Counted from the whole stretch's first letter, positions 47,090 through 58,753 are shown. The stretch: 62,673 nucleotides of DNA, filler included, from Globobulimina sp. (GCA_003354225.1; 32 parts of 32 records of this genome joined end to end with filler, not necessarily neighbours in it), one strand, 5' to 3'. A program made the numbers and translations. The notes: a model not told the origin generated them from the sequence alone.

Positions 47090-47452
47090 ACCAAAGAGGA
47101 AAAATGCAGACAAATAGTTGGCAATGGATTTATAACTGGAAATGGTGCGGGCTGTGCTTGGGTAATAACAAAACCCTCAGATTCAAACAGTTTAATTCGA
47201 TCATCGGTGGCTGAATCACGATATGGCTCTCCAATTCAAAATGGTGGTGATATTGTTGATATGATTTTTGATTTTCATGATAATGCTTCTCTTTCTTATA
47301 AAGTGAATCATACTCCTTATGGTTTGGCACAGTTTTGCATGAATGGCCATTATTTAAACAATGCATTTGATTATGCAAAAAAATATCGAATGGGAATAAC
47401 ATTTAAAGGAATACCGAATCAAATCGAATTGATTGAATACTTTGAGAGATGA
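47090..47452 (+). CDS. SPRY-like domain C-terminal fragment
   Basis: YG..IQNGGDIVDMIFDF...LSYKVN..PYG...KYRMGIT; frame open from the contig start. Confidence 0.6.
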   Translation, partial: TKEEKCRQIVGNGFITGNGAGCAWVITKPSDSNSLIRSSVAESRYGSPIQNGGDIVDMIFDFHDNASLSYKVNHTPYGLAQFCMNGHYLNNAFDYAKKYRMGITFKGIPNQIELIEYFER

Positions 47453-47863
47453 TTTATTTTTAAATTATTATAAAACCAATAAGTAATTATAGAATATACT
47501 CTGTTTCGTGTTCGGGCTTAGTACCCTCTCAAAATTAAAAAAACAAAGTAACCTTAAAAAAAAGAATGCAGTCGTTTAGCTTCCAAGACTTTAATCGTCA
47601 AACAGTTTGTTCGTTAACTTCGGTTCGTATGTCATCTGCAACGGCAACCGATACATCATTAGATGATGGAGATGGTTCAGGTTCTTCTGAATCGTCATTG
47701 AGCGGGATTTGGGGCTCAAACATTATGTGTATGCGGTAATTATCTTACCAGCAATATAAAATTCATTCAAAAACATCGCTCTCTGTGTAATCATCGGTGT
47801 ATGTCAATACTGTATAACATATTTGTTATTTCTAGAAATTTCTAGAAAAATTTCCTATTTGAA

Positions 47864-48475
47864 ATGATAAAAATACATACTACATACTACATAGTCGTAT
47901 GCTGTCATGAATGTTTTAAAATATTTGCAAACCGAACTGAGCTACTCACACATCAACAAAATACAAATCATGCAATAAATGCTAAGCACGATGAGAGTCC
48001 GAGAGTAGATCCAACAAAACGAAGAGTTTGGAATTGTAATTTTGATGGATGTTATTCATCATTTTGGCATAAATATTTATTGAGGAAACACAGTTTAAAT
48101 CATAGTAAACCACATAAATGTTTATTTAATGGATGTGGCAAATCATTTGCATCCAAATCATATTTATTGAGAATTCATGTAAAAATACATGAAAATGAAA
48201 GGAATTCAAAATGCAAATTCTGTGGTAAACGATTTACAGATCCATCGACATTAAGATCACATTTAAAATACATGCATGCGCCAAATGCATTAAAAACGTT
48301 TATTTGTAAAAGATGTCAAAAACACTTTAAAAAGAAATCTTTATTACAAAAACATTTTGAAACGCATGAAAATAGGAATAACAGACTCTTATTTCATTGC
48401 ATACATTGCAATGATAAAACATTCACATTAAAATCTAATCTCAATCGACATTTAAAAAATTTTCATTCATACTAA
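47864..48475 (+). CDS. C2H2 zinc-finger protein (about six fingers)
   Basis: Repeated C-x2/4-C...H-x3/4-H, e.g. KPHKCLFNGCGKSF and CKFCGKRF...LRSHLKYMH. Start uncertain. Confidence 0.9.
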   Translation: MIKIHTTYYIVVCCHECFKIFANRTELLTHQQNTNHAINAKHDESPRVDPTKRRVWNCNFDGCYSSFWHKYLLRKHSLNHSKPHKCLFNGCGKSFASKSYLLRIHVKIHENERNSKCKFCGKRFTDPSTLRSHLKYMHAPNALKTFICKRCQKHFKKKSLLQKHFETHENRNNRLLFHCIHCNDKTFTLKSNLNRHLKNFHSY

Positions 48476-48948
48476 CTTATTTATTTTGTTTTGTTTTCTT
48501 TTCGTTGCACAGTTGCACTCAGACTCAGACTCAGTTAGTAATGTACAATTTGTGAGGTTATTAATAATCAGGTTATACAACAGACTGTTAACACATTTCA
48601 TAATCTCTAATTTTTCTACGCTTCTTTTTTCGCGGTTTCTCATTATCATCCAATTTTTTTTTCTTTTTCTTTTTTTCTGATTTGTCATTATTTACTGTCT
48701 CTGTCTCCAATTTGTTTGTTGCATCATTTAATTTTATTTCCTTAAGAATATCAACGATAGAAATAAAATTTTGCTTTTCATCAAATATTCCAATGTTTAA
48801 TTGTCTCGGCAATGTTCCTTTTATCTGTACCATGTTGATTTTATTATACTGATCGTATTTATCAATTTGAAATGTAATTTGTTGTCCAATTTTAAAGTAC
48901 GATTGCAATTGTTTAAATTTTCTAAAATCAGACTCGTTAACTCCCTTA
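48467..48948 (-). CDS. C-terminal fragment with possible S1-like repeat and Lys-rich tail
   Basis: LQSYFKIGQQITFQIDKYD; poly-K tail; end at 48588, or at 48467 if frameshifted. Confidence 0.35.
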
Positions 48949-49167
48949 NNNNNNNNNNNNNNNNNNNNNNNNNNNNNNNNNNNNNNNNNNNNTTAATTAA
49001 TTAANNNNNNNNNNNNNNNNNNNNNNNNNNNNNNNNNNNNNNNNNNNNACAATCAACACAATCACGATTCATTATTAAACATGTGTTTGAATGAAATTGA
49101 TTATATTTCATACAAAAATTCGTTAATAAATCCTGATCAGACACGCGGTGTAATTGCATCAGAACAC

Positions 49168-50909
49168 TCAACATTCAACAGAAACATTTAAATATTTATT
49201 TTTTGATTCAGATTTTGTAATACTTAGCGATGGGCGGCTCTCATCAGTATCGGAAACATCCATACTCGCAACATGACACATTTGCATTTGTGGCCCCGGA
49301 GCAGGAGTGGCTTGTTCATCATGTTCAAGTTCACCATGTTCAATTTCTGACAGTTGTTTGTTTAAACGGGTTTTTACCGGCGACTGTTGCTTTAATAGCG
49401 ACGATTGACCCAATTCAAATGTCATACTATTGTGAATTTCTACTTTAATTTGCATTTCGTTATCAACGCTGGTTTGTTTTAACATTTTCAACCGCGAATT
49501 CCACCAACCCTCAGCACCATGCAGCTCCCACAAAACATGATCATCGCCGACAATTTCCAATATTCCAGCTCGCCTCAATATATTTGTAACCTGCGGCTTT
49601 AACTTGCACAAAACCAATGTCATTCCCTTTTCTTTTGCCTTTAATTCCAGAAAAAATGCCTTTAACACTTCAGCTCCGGTAAAATCCACATCATTTACGC
49701 CAGAAAAACATAACACTAAACACCATCTTTTGGGATAGTTATGTTTATCTAAATGGCGACCGATATGTTTACGGATCCTGGTTTTGAAGGATTGAGCATT
49801 GGCAAAAAATATTGTGGCGTCCCAGCGAATAATTAATAAGTCCTCACGCGTCTAAATATAATGAATACAGACAACTTTATGCCGCAGAAAAAATGTTTAT
49901 ATATACATTGTATACCTGTGCATTTGGGAAATGTTTTATATTTCGGTAAACATGGATTTCTTCGCCAGGCAGTTTACCCAAGACACCATAATGTGGCTTA
50001 GCCGCACGTTGAATGAACAATATTATGGAGACCACCACACCCAAAGCAACGCCATAATCGATCCCTAAAAACAATGTCACCAAAATGGTAATCATCATCA
50101 CAAAAAAGTCCCTATGATTCACTTTCCATATTTCTTTCATTTTGGGTATGTCCACCAAATTAATAATACCAACCAACACAATGGAACCTAACACCGGTTT
50201 AGGGAGCCACTCGAACAACGACAACAAAAATGCAGTACAGAAAATCATGCCACATCCGGCCATGATGCTGTACAAAGGAGTCAGAGCTCCCGCTGCTTCC
50301 ACCACGGTCGCTAGAGACAACACTCCCGACACCGGATAGATTTGAAACCAACATCCAACCAAATTACATATACCCAAAGCAATTAACTCTTGCGATGCAT
50401 CCACAGAATAATCATGTTTGTCGGCGAATTTTGTAGCCACTGCAATGGACTCAATAAAAGCTAATATCGTAATGAATAACGACGCAATCCACAATTTCCA
50501 AAAATCATCGCCGTCTACGTACTGAAAGAAATTGACAAATGATGGCAGCCCTTTGGGTAACGGACCGACAATGTCCCAGCCAGTGGACTCGCCATTTGTG
50601 GAGGATATAAATGTGGTGACAACCACTAAAATCAATGCAGAGGGTATGAACTTTGCATATTTGGATGCCGGCACATGCCGAAAACACAAGGTCTCATCTT
50701 TCCAAAATTTAACTAATAACAAGAAAGAGATGCAGCAGATTGCTAATAATAAACTTAACATATGTGCTTCGCCAATGTGCCTGGAAAAATTGATCAATTT
50801 CACGATCAACTCTTCGCCTTCAATGTGTATTTGAAAGACGAAGGTTAACTGACTCATTCCTATTAATATTGCTGCAGCAAAAGTAAAGCCGACAATGACA
50901 GGGTCCGCC
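49168..50909 (-). CDS. SLC26/SulP anion transporter with STAS domain (5' truncated; intron 49852-49915)
   Basis: VGFTFAAA, VGPLPKGLP, ESIAVATKFA..HDYSVDASQELIALGICN, LPKPVLGSI; STAS IIRWDATIFFANA and FSGVNDVDFTG. Confidence 0.95.
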
Positions 50910-51493
50910 NNNNNNNNNNNNNNNNNNNNNNNNNNNNNNNNNNNNNNNNNNNNTTAATTAATTAANNNNNNNNNNNNNNNNNNNNNNNNNNNNNNNNNNN
51001 NNNNNNNNNGTTTCGAGACGAAACGACAAAACATAATAAAAACAAAGCATGGAATATGAACAATGAAAAAAGTATTATAAAATAATAAAATACAGAAGAA
51101 AAAAAAAGAGCATGAAAGAAAAGCAAACAAACACGCAAAACAATTTACACGCAACAAATAAAAAAGATGATAGATAACAAAAGTAGTCAAAAGGGATAAA
51201 ATGCAGTCATTCAGTCACTAAAATCCAATGGATGCAAACAAAAACATTCTTTTTTTTTTACCTTTTTAATAATTTTTGTTTAAAATAATGGAATATTAAT
51301 AAATATATGATTAACATGCTAATGATTTTGATATTTAATTTTCAATCACTTTTTTTCTATATCAAAATGATTATTTATGACAACAATAATAAAAAAACAA
51401 TAACATAAAACAAAGGGGCAGCTATTATACTTTATTTATTGCATATAATAAATTAGATTTTGTGCAAAAAAAAATACAAAAATGTAAATATGA

Positions 51494-52870
51494 TCAATCA
51501 TCGGCCTGTTTGTTTAACAATGCATCGTATTTCTTTGCCCGTAATTTGCAGTCCGGATGTAACGACCACCACTGATTTGGATGTGTTCTCTTCGTATGTC
51601 CATTCAACGAGGATTTACTGGCAAATTTCTTGAGACACAATGGACAATCAAATGGTTTCTCGCCAGCTTAATATATCAAAGTTAATTATTTAATATTCGT
51701 CTTATTCACAGTAACAAATAGCAAGAAACTTAACTGTGTAATCTGCGATGAACCACCATGTTATGTTTCACTTTAAATGTCTTGCCACAGAATTCACACT
51801 CGTATGGCTTCTCCCCTGTATGTATTCGCACGTGGTCCTTTAGACTGTGTATATACAGACACATATACATACAAACACAAATAGCTTTGATAGGTTAAGC
51901 ATATATATACATCAATACCTATGTGATTGCTTGAACGACTTACTGCAGAAAGCACAAATATATGGCCTCTCACCAGTATGAACCCGTAAATGTTGCGTCA
52001 AATTAGATTTCCGTGCGAATTTTTTACCGCAATGCGGACAGCAAAGAGCTTGATCCGTATGAATGATGAAATGTATTTTCAAATTGGATTTGTGCTTAAA
52101 TGATTTGCCGCAATCACTACATTGATACTCAGGCTTGCCATTATTAATAGTATTTATTGTATTTATTGTGGAGGACGAACAATTTGAGTCAATATCAATG
52201 TCGCTGTTACCGCTGGCACTCGAACTGGCACTCGCACTCGAATTGATATTCATATTCATATTATTCATTATCATCTCTTCACGCTTCGTAATGATAATTT
52301 GTCCCGGATTGTGCGGATTGAATGATATGGTCCGATGAGTGCTGAGATTGTGACTGCTGTCTGCTTTGATTTTCAATTCTTTGCAAGTGCGACTAGTATC
52401 AAACATATTTGGTGAGGTGTAATTGGATGAGATTAAGGGTGATATCTTAAATAATGGCGAGGTTATGGACGTATTATCAATGGATGGCAATAAGGGGAGC
52501 TTTAAGGTGGAATTGATGTTGTTGTGGATGGAGGTTATTGTGGATGGTATTTGTAAGTGTAAAGGTATGGGAGGCGGTAATAAAGGCAATGTAGTTTGTT
52601 GTGTTGCTTGTGTTGCTGTGGAATTAGTATTGGTGTTGGTATTAATATCGGTGTTATAAAAAGCTATATTGGATGGTAATGGCAGTGGCAATGGTAATGG
52701 TGATGGCGTATTTATGTTATAATATGGTGTGTTGTGTGTATTTGTGGTGGATATTGGCACTAAAAACGAGTATTGACTGTTTTGAGGGACAATTGCAACT
52801 GTTTTGTTATTGTTAAGATCAGCATTTCCACGATAGTATAATACGGCTGGTGAGTCTGGAGCATGTTTTA
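51494..52870 (-). CDS. Kruppel-type C2H2 transcription factor, five fingers (introns 51845-51918 and 51667-51734; 5' truncated)
   Basis: HTGERPY, HTGEKPY and HTGEKPF linkers after splicing; low-complexity N-terminus. Confidence 0.93.
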
Positions 52871-52970
52871 NNNNNNNNNNNNNNNNNNNNNNNNNNNNNN
52901 NNNNNNNNNNNNNNTTAATTAATTAANNNNNNNNNNNNNNNNNNNNNNNNNNNNNNNNNNNNNNNNNNNN

Positions 52971-54604
52971 GAGACATTATTAAAATTCACAGTTCGTAAT
53001 AAATCTGTGGTTATTAAAACTCTCGTACTTCCACAATGGAATTCGTTCATTATTAATTCCCTCTCTTTTTGTTGCATATTGCCGTGCATTGCACTAACAG
53101 TATAATCACGGTCTTTCATTTTATCAGCTAACCACATTACTTTCCTTCTGGTATTACAAAAAATAATAGCTTGAGTTATTGTCAATGAGTCATACAAATC
53201 GTATAATGATTCTAATTTATAATCTTCTTTCTCCACTGCTACATAATATTGTTGTATACCATCCAATGTTAATTCTTCTTTTTTAACTGCAATATGTACC
53301 GGATTACACATGAATCTTTCCCTTAATTGTAGTATCTCGTTGGGCATAATCTCAGTAAATAATGCTACTTGAATATGAGAAGGCAAACACTGAAAACAAT
53401 CATAAATTTGTTCCTTTAATGTCCTCCCCAGCATATCATGGACATTATCTAAAACAAATATTTTTAAAGATTTCATGGAAAACACTGCTTCAACTGACTC
53501 CTCACATTGTTCACACTTCTCCTTGGATTGTTGGTGTCTAATTATATTTGTGCAATGATAAACGAAACGACCAGGTCTATTAAGCATATCACTGACTCGT
53601 CCTGGAGTACCAACGACGACCTGAACACCATTGACTAACTGCTGGATCTCATCACGAATAGATGTGCCACCGACACATGCTCGAGTTACTACGTTTAAAT
53701 AAGTACCTAATGATTTCATGAGCTGTTTATTATATATTAGGTTGTGTGACTGTGACACGATATATTGTGTTTATTATTCACTTACTTTATGGATTTGTTG
53801 AGCTAATTCTCGCGTAGCTGCTATAACTAATACTTGACATTGAGCGTCATTTAAATCTATTCTTTGTAATGCTGCGATGGAGTATGTTGCAGTTTTACCA
53901 GTTCCAGATTGAGATTGAACTACAACATCATGTTCTATATTTATTTTATTTTATTGTTATAAGTGAGAGGTTTATTTTGTATGATCGATGATTTAACTTT
54001 GAATAATCTGACATATACCACGTTGTTGAATAGCTGTTGGTTTTTCAAATCCGCAAGCATAAATACCGCGTAATAAATCGTGTCTCAATTGCATATCATC
54101 AAAAGACTCATATACTTTAATACCATTATCAAAATAATCCTGTTTTTGATCATAGTCATTCATCATCAGATTGTGTTGTTTATCATTAAAAACGAGTCCA
54201 TTAAATTGGCACACTGGTAGTTCATGAATGGCTGTTTGTGAATATTGCTGTTGATCAACAACTTTGTTGCAACCCGTTTCAAATTGATTATTACGATTCG
54301 TATCATTGGTATTATATTCATCTTCAGCATCATCATCATTTTCACTGTCCTTAGTATCGTCAATTTGATTTAGTGATGTTGTTTTTGTGCTGATATGAAT
54401 GTTCAAGTTACCTGGCAAAAATGATGAAATTGCAATAATATCGCCATCATCATCTCTGAAACACTCAATATCGTGAATTTTTGTGATTTGTTTGATATTA
54501 CTAATGATATCATCTGTTGGAGTTCCTTGATATATTTTTACTTTCCATTTGTTATTGCCATGGTGTATGTTTAATGTCGTTTTGGTATGTTTTGGCTGTG
54601 CCAT
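52971..54604 (-). CDS. PB1-like domain fused to a divergent eIF4A-like DEAD-box protein (introns 53935-53997 and 53723-53785; 3' truncated)
   Basis: [60 protein letters not shown] and [12 protein letters not shown] are eIF4A-like; motif II reads DNVH and motif III reads TEI. Confidence 0.88.
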
Positions 54605-54663
54605 TGATTGGAGTTTATATAATATACATATATCCTCAAAAACCAAAGAAAAACTATAAAAAT

Positions 54664-54831
54664 ATGGAAGAGTATGTCCGCAGGGCTAAGTTATTAATAT
54701 TGCTGCAAAATATGGGTTTTGATGAAACATATATTCAACGAGCTTGCACAATATATGAGAAAACATACGGAGTCAACTATGAAAGCAATACAAAAGTAAT
54801 GCGTGGCATTATTGCGAAATTACAAAATAAA
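54664..54831 (+). CDS. UBA-like N-terminal fragment
   Basis: [15 protein letters not shown] (MGF motif); runs off the contig. Confidence 0.55.
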
Positions 54832-54932
54832 NNNNNNNNNNNNNNNNNNNNNNNNNNNNNNNNNNNNNNNNNNNNTTAATTAATTAANNNNNNNNNNNNN
54901 NNNNNNNNNNNNNNNNNNNNNNNNNNNNNNNA

Positions 54933-55925
54933 GTGGTTTGTACAGGTGGCAATTCTGGCATTGGATTATCAATTTGTTCTGCATTCGCATCTATATCACA
55001 CATTCAATATGGCAAAATTAAGAAAAACAAACTTAATAAACAACAATGTCATATTATAATGGCATCACGGAACGCAACCAAATCTAAACAAGAAATCTCA
55101 AACATTTTGAAGCAATATCCGTTTGCCAAAATTATGTATATTTCTTTGGATTTATCCAAATTGGACTCCATCATACAATTTGTAAACACTTTAAAATATA
55201 AAATTGATGAAACCATTCGGAGAAACATCCGGATATTAATAAATAACGCTGCTGTTTCATTGCTAAAACAACCTCAATCAACAACATTTTATAAAAATAA
55301 CAAGAAAGAATATGAATTAGCATTCTCTGTAAATTATTTAGGACATTTTGTACTAACTCAGTTGATTTATGACCATATATTTATTCCCAATTATAATAAA
55401 AACGGAGATTATCGGATTGTGAATGTCTCATCTTCGGCTCATGTGTTTTGCGATAGTTACTCAGTGAATGATGTATTGGATTTTGAACGAATTGAAAATT
55501 ATCATAAAAATAAAAAATACGACTATTGGATGAGTTATTCGCTCAGTAAAATGTGCCAGGTGTTACATTGTAAAATGGTGCATAAAGAATATAATAAAAA
55601 TAATGTATTATTTAATTCATGTCATCCCGGTTCGACTATTGATACAACGATGGTCGGTCAACATATTAATCCCAATAATTTTATTATATCATCAACGATG
55701 AAATTAATATGGTTCGCGCTAAAAACTAATGATAAATGTGCTGCAACACCTGTTTTATTAGCAGTTGATCCAAAAATTAGGGAAAACCAAATCAGTGCAA
55801 AGTATTTTAGAGACTGTGGGCAAATCCATTCAAGCAAACATTCCAATGATAAAAACCTAATGGAGAGATTGAAAAAATATAGTTTTACTATTTATGACAA
55901 CATTGCATTAAAATCAAAACTATGA
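54933..55925 (+). CDS. Short-chain dehydrogenase/reductase (retinol dehydrogenase/WWOX-like), C-terminal SKL
   Basis: TGGNSGIG, LINNAA, VNYLGHFVLT, RIVNVSS, YSLSK, HPG; ends in -SKL, a PTS1 peroxisomal signal. Confidence 0.93.
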   Translation: MVCTGGNSGIGLSICSAFASISHIQYGKIKKNKLNKQQCHIIMASRNATKSKQEISNILKQYPFAKIMYISLDLSKLDSIIQFVNTLKYKIDETIRRNIRILINNAAVSLLKQPQSTTFYKNNKKEYELAFSVNYLGHFVLTQLIYDHIFIPNYNKNGDYRIVNVSSSAHVFCDSYSVNDVLDFERIENYHKNKKYDYWMSYSLSKMCQVLHCKMVHKEYNKNNVLFNSCHPGSTIDTTMVGQHINPNNFIISSTMKLIWFALKTNDKCAATPVLLAVDPKIRENQISAKYFRDCGQIHSSKHSNDKNLMERLKKYSFTIYDNIALKSKL

Positions 55926-55994
55926 CTGTTATTCATACACTTTTCTGTGAGGATTTTTTCTTCAAACAGTTCCAAAAACATCTCTAGTTCCGTC

Positions 55995-56700
55995 ATGTTC
56001 TCCTCTTTAGTTCGAAGAAGCAATTCTCGATTGAATCATGTGTCACTCCGTAGATTCAGCAAACAAAACCAAAAAGTAGTGTGTACATTGTACCCCGGAG
56101 GAGAAGCCGGGCGACGAAACCCAAACATTTTAGGCTGTGATACAAACGAATTAGCACTCCGATCTTTTTTAGAATCGCAAGGACACGAATTCATAGTCAC
56201 CACCGACAAAGAAAATGAATTAGACAAAAACGGAAATGTAATTCGTATCTGTGAGTTTGAAAAGGAATTAGAAACCGCAGATGTAGTGATTTCGCAACCA
56301 TTTTACCCCGGATATGTGACCCCTGATCGAATCAAAAAATCTCCAAATTTGAAATTAGCCATCACCGCTGGCGTAGGCTCGGACCATGTCTCGTTGCAAG
56401 ACGCCTGGGATGCGGGTATTATCGTGGCCGAAGTGACCGGTTCCAACGTAGTCTCTGTCGCGGAACACGTGGTTATGGCCATATTATCCTTAGTCCGTAA
56501 TTATATTCCTGGCTATAAACAGGTCATCGAAGGCGAATGGGACATTGCAGGTATTATCTATATGAGATATGGTATATTTATGCATATAATCTAATACAAT
56601 ATGAAATTTCTAGCAATTGCGGATCGGTCCTGGGACCTCGAAGGCAAAGCAGTGGGCACAATCGCAGCGGGCCGTATTGGTTATCGCGTGATGCAGCGGT
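55995..56700 (+). CDS. FDH: NAD-dependent formate dehydrogenase with mitochondrial-type presequence (intron 56551-56613; 3' part missing)
   Basis: KVVCTLYPGG, ISQPFYPGY, ITAGVGSDHV, AEVTGSNVVSVAEHVVM.IL.LVRNY, WDIAAIADRSWDLEGKAVGTIAAGRIG. Confidence 0.95.
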
Positions 56701-56892
56701 TTGCCGCTATCCTTCTCCCAGACGCCGGGTGTAACCTCCACATACGAGTCCCTTCCGACGTGTCCGAACCCGGAGAGCTCGCCGCCGATGACNNNNNNNN
56801 NNNNNNNNNNNNNNNNNNNNNNNNNNNNNNNNNNNNTTAATTAATTAANNNNNNNNNNNNNNNNNNNNNNNNNNNNNNNNNNNNNNNNNNNN

Positions 56893-57077
56893 CATATTAA
56901 ATAGCCAAACGTGCACGATCGTATCCAATTGGATGCACTCGCGTTTTTCCTAACAACACATATCATTATATATATAAATATCGGAGTTGATATAAATACT
57001 GCTACGCATGAAAAGAAGACGAGCCACAACCATTCATCTGTAGTTGCTATTTTTCTTGGGAGTATGTTGGTGCCCAT
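56893..57077 (-). CDS. Membrane protein N-terminal fragment
   Basis: Met followed by a TM helix; runs off the contig. Confidence 0.5.
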
Positions 57078-57127
57078 TGTTTCTTAGTTAAATTAATTGA
57101 AGTACGTATTTAGTAAAACTAATAACA

Positions 57128-58402
57128 ATGGCAAATTATCCATATTTCATTCAAAGAAATGGATTTGAAAGATCGCTGGACGAGAAAAGTGATGAAACCT
57201 TATTAAACATATTGGATTCGTCATTAAAGCGATGTGATTATGATATATCTATGGATATTCAACGGATAATTTTATATTTTACACCGTTTTCAACTATAAG
57301 TGATGCCGCAGATATTATCGTATCACTTGAAAGTTATCCAATGCCGCCCCCAAATCTAGAGCGAGTGGATGATATTGTGAGTGCAATGAGACATCGCAGA
57401 TAGCGGTATCCAAATTAGTTTAGATCAAAAAATCCAAACAATGCATCCATTTTGGTATTATGTGGCATCATTTACATATCGTCTTAGTTATGGTAGAAAA
57501 TTAAACATCAGATCCGACGAAATATTTATGTTAACTCGTGAATTATTGCTATATGGAAGGCCACTATTTTCAGAGACAGATTTCATCAAAGATTCTGATG
57601 ACACATTGCCAAAACAATATGGTCAATTCACCTCAAGCAAAAACAAAAGATTTTGTTCTGCATTGCTTGCATATTGGAATCAGAGCAAAATCAAAAATTT
57701 AAAGAGAATTGCTGACGATGCACTAAATATATTAGCTGTGGATTATGATAAATTGTATGATGGATTGGTACAAAATAATTCTCCAATTTTAAACATGAAC
57801 ATACCTCAAAATTGTTTATGTACAGATACAAATATAACATCACAGAGAGAAGTAATGGGATCGGATATGGCGAGCAATATATTACAATGGTTCAATGCAA
57901 ACATGGACGTACGACCCAAAGGTATCTATTTTATGCACATTTCTTTGACAAAATTAGTTGACCCAACCTGACTTTTGAAGGCTATGTGACGTCGGCTGCA
58001 GAGGATGAGGTGAAGCATTTCTTTGAGAGTCTTGGATTGGAATGGTTTCGAGTGGTCAAAGTTGCGAGGAAATCGGCAACGAACTTATTGAGGAAATCAG
58101 AAGTAATGATGATGTTTTATAGATTAGTGGGTGAAGTTTTGAATGATGATTTCCAGCAAGCAATGCTCAGATTGTATGTTAAGAATAGAACAGAGATATT
58201 GTCGTTGGACATGCCGTCATATGATCCATTGTGTAAATTGGTGTCTCCTCCAATCAAAACAATATCGAGAGCAAGGTTTAAAATCAAGGAAGATTATATG
58301 AAGGATGCGCAGCCGGTGGAAGGTTCCGTTTTGGACTGGGTTCGATGTGCAATTATTGTCGAAAATGATATTGAAATGAAAAGTTTTTTTGATTTATACT
58401 TG
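57128..58402 (+). CDS. RelA/SpoT-like nucleotidyltransferase-domain protein (frameshift at about 57389; intron 57922-57980; 3' end unresolved)
   Basis: PPIKTISRARFKIKEDY...VLDWVRCAIIV resembles synthetase motifs 1 and 2; GTATCT...TTGAAG splicing joins ORFs 57441 and 57986 in frame. Confidence 0.65.
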
Positions 58403-58555
58403 GTGGGATCTATAATTATTTTTTTTATAATTATTATTGAACGGTGTATATCTTGTATGGATATTATTTGTCTGAATACTAGGTTCAGTGCAGCATGAAC
58501 TACAGCACACTGTGCAGCCCATGCTCTACTCAAAGAAAATACTGCATGAAGCTAG

Positions 58556-58753
58556 AAAACAGTACGATTAGGGGTTGTTCTTATATTGCGCAATATAAAT
58601 TGGGACCTAGGTACCATGATCTTGCAATTAAGAATCCCTAGACATGGGAGCACTACGCTCCTTCAAACTAGTCTATTGCAATTAAGGATGGCCTAGGGCC
58701 TAGGTCCAATTTATATTGCGCAGTATAAGAACAACCCCTAATCGTACTGTTTT
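58556..58753. mobile_element. MITE-like foldback element with about 55-bp terminal inverted repeats
   Basis: 58556-58611 versus 58699-58753: one mismatch and one indel; 87-bp spacer. Confidence 0.8.

Noticed and set aside
57377-57399. 23-nt GTGAGT...GCAG mini-intron explaining the break in the RelA-like gene
   Set aside because: Splicing gives ATA GCG GTA TCC AAA TTA GTT TAG, a stop, and not the frame of ORF 57441. Nearby AG acceptors also fail; a small indel at about 57389 is simpler.
54932-58753. SDR, FDH, RelA-like gene and MITE as one gene cluster
   Set aside because: A linker at 56793-56892 separates unrelated contigs.
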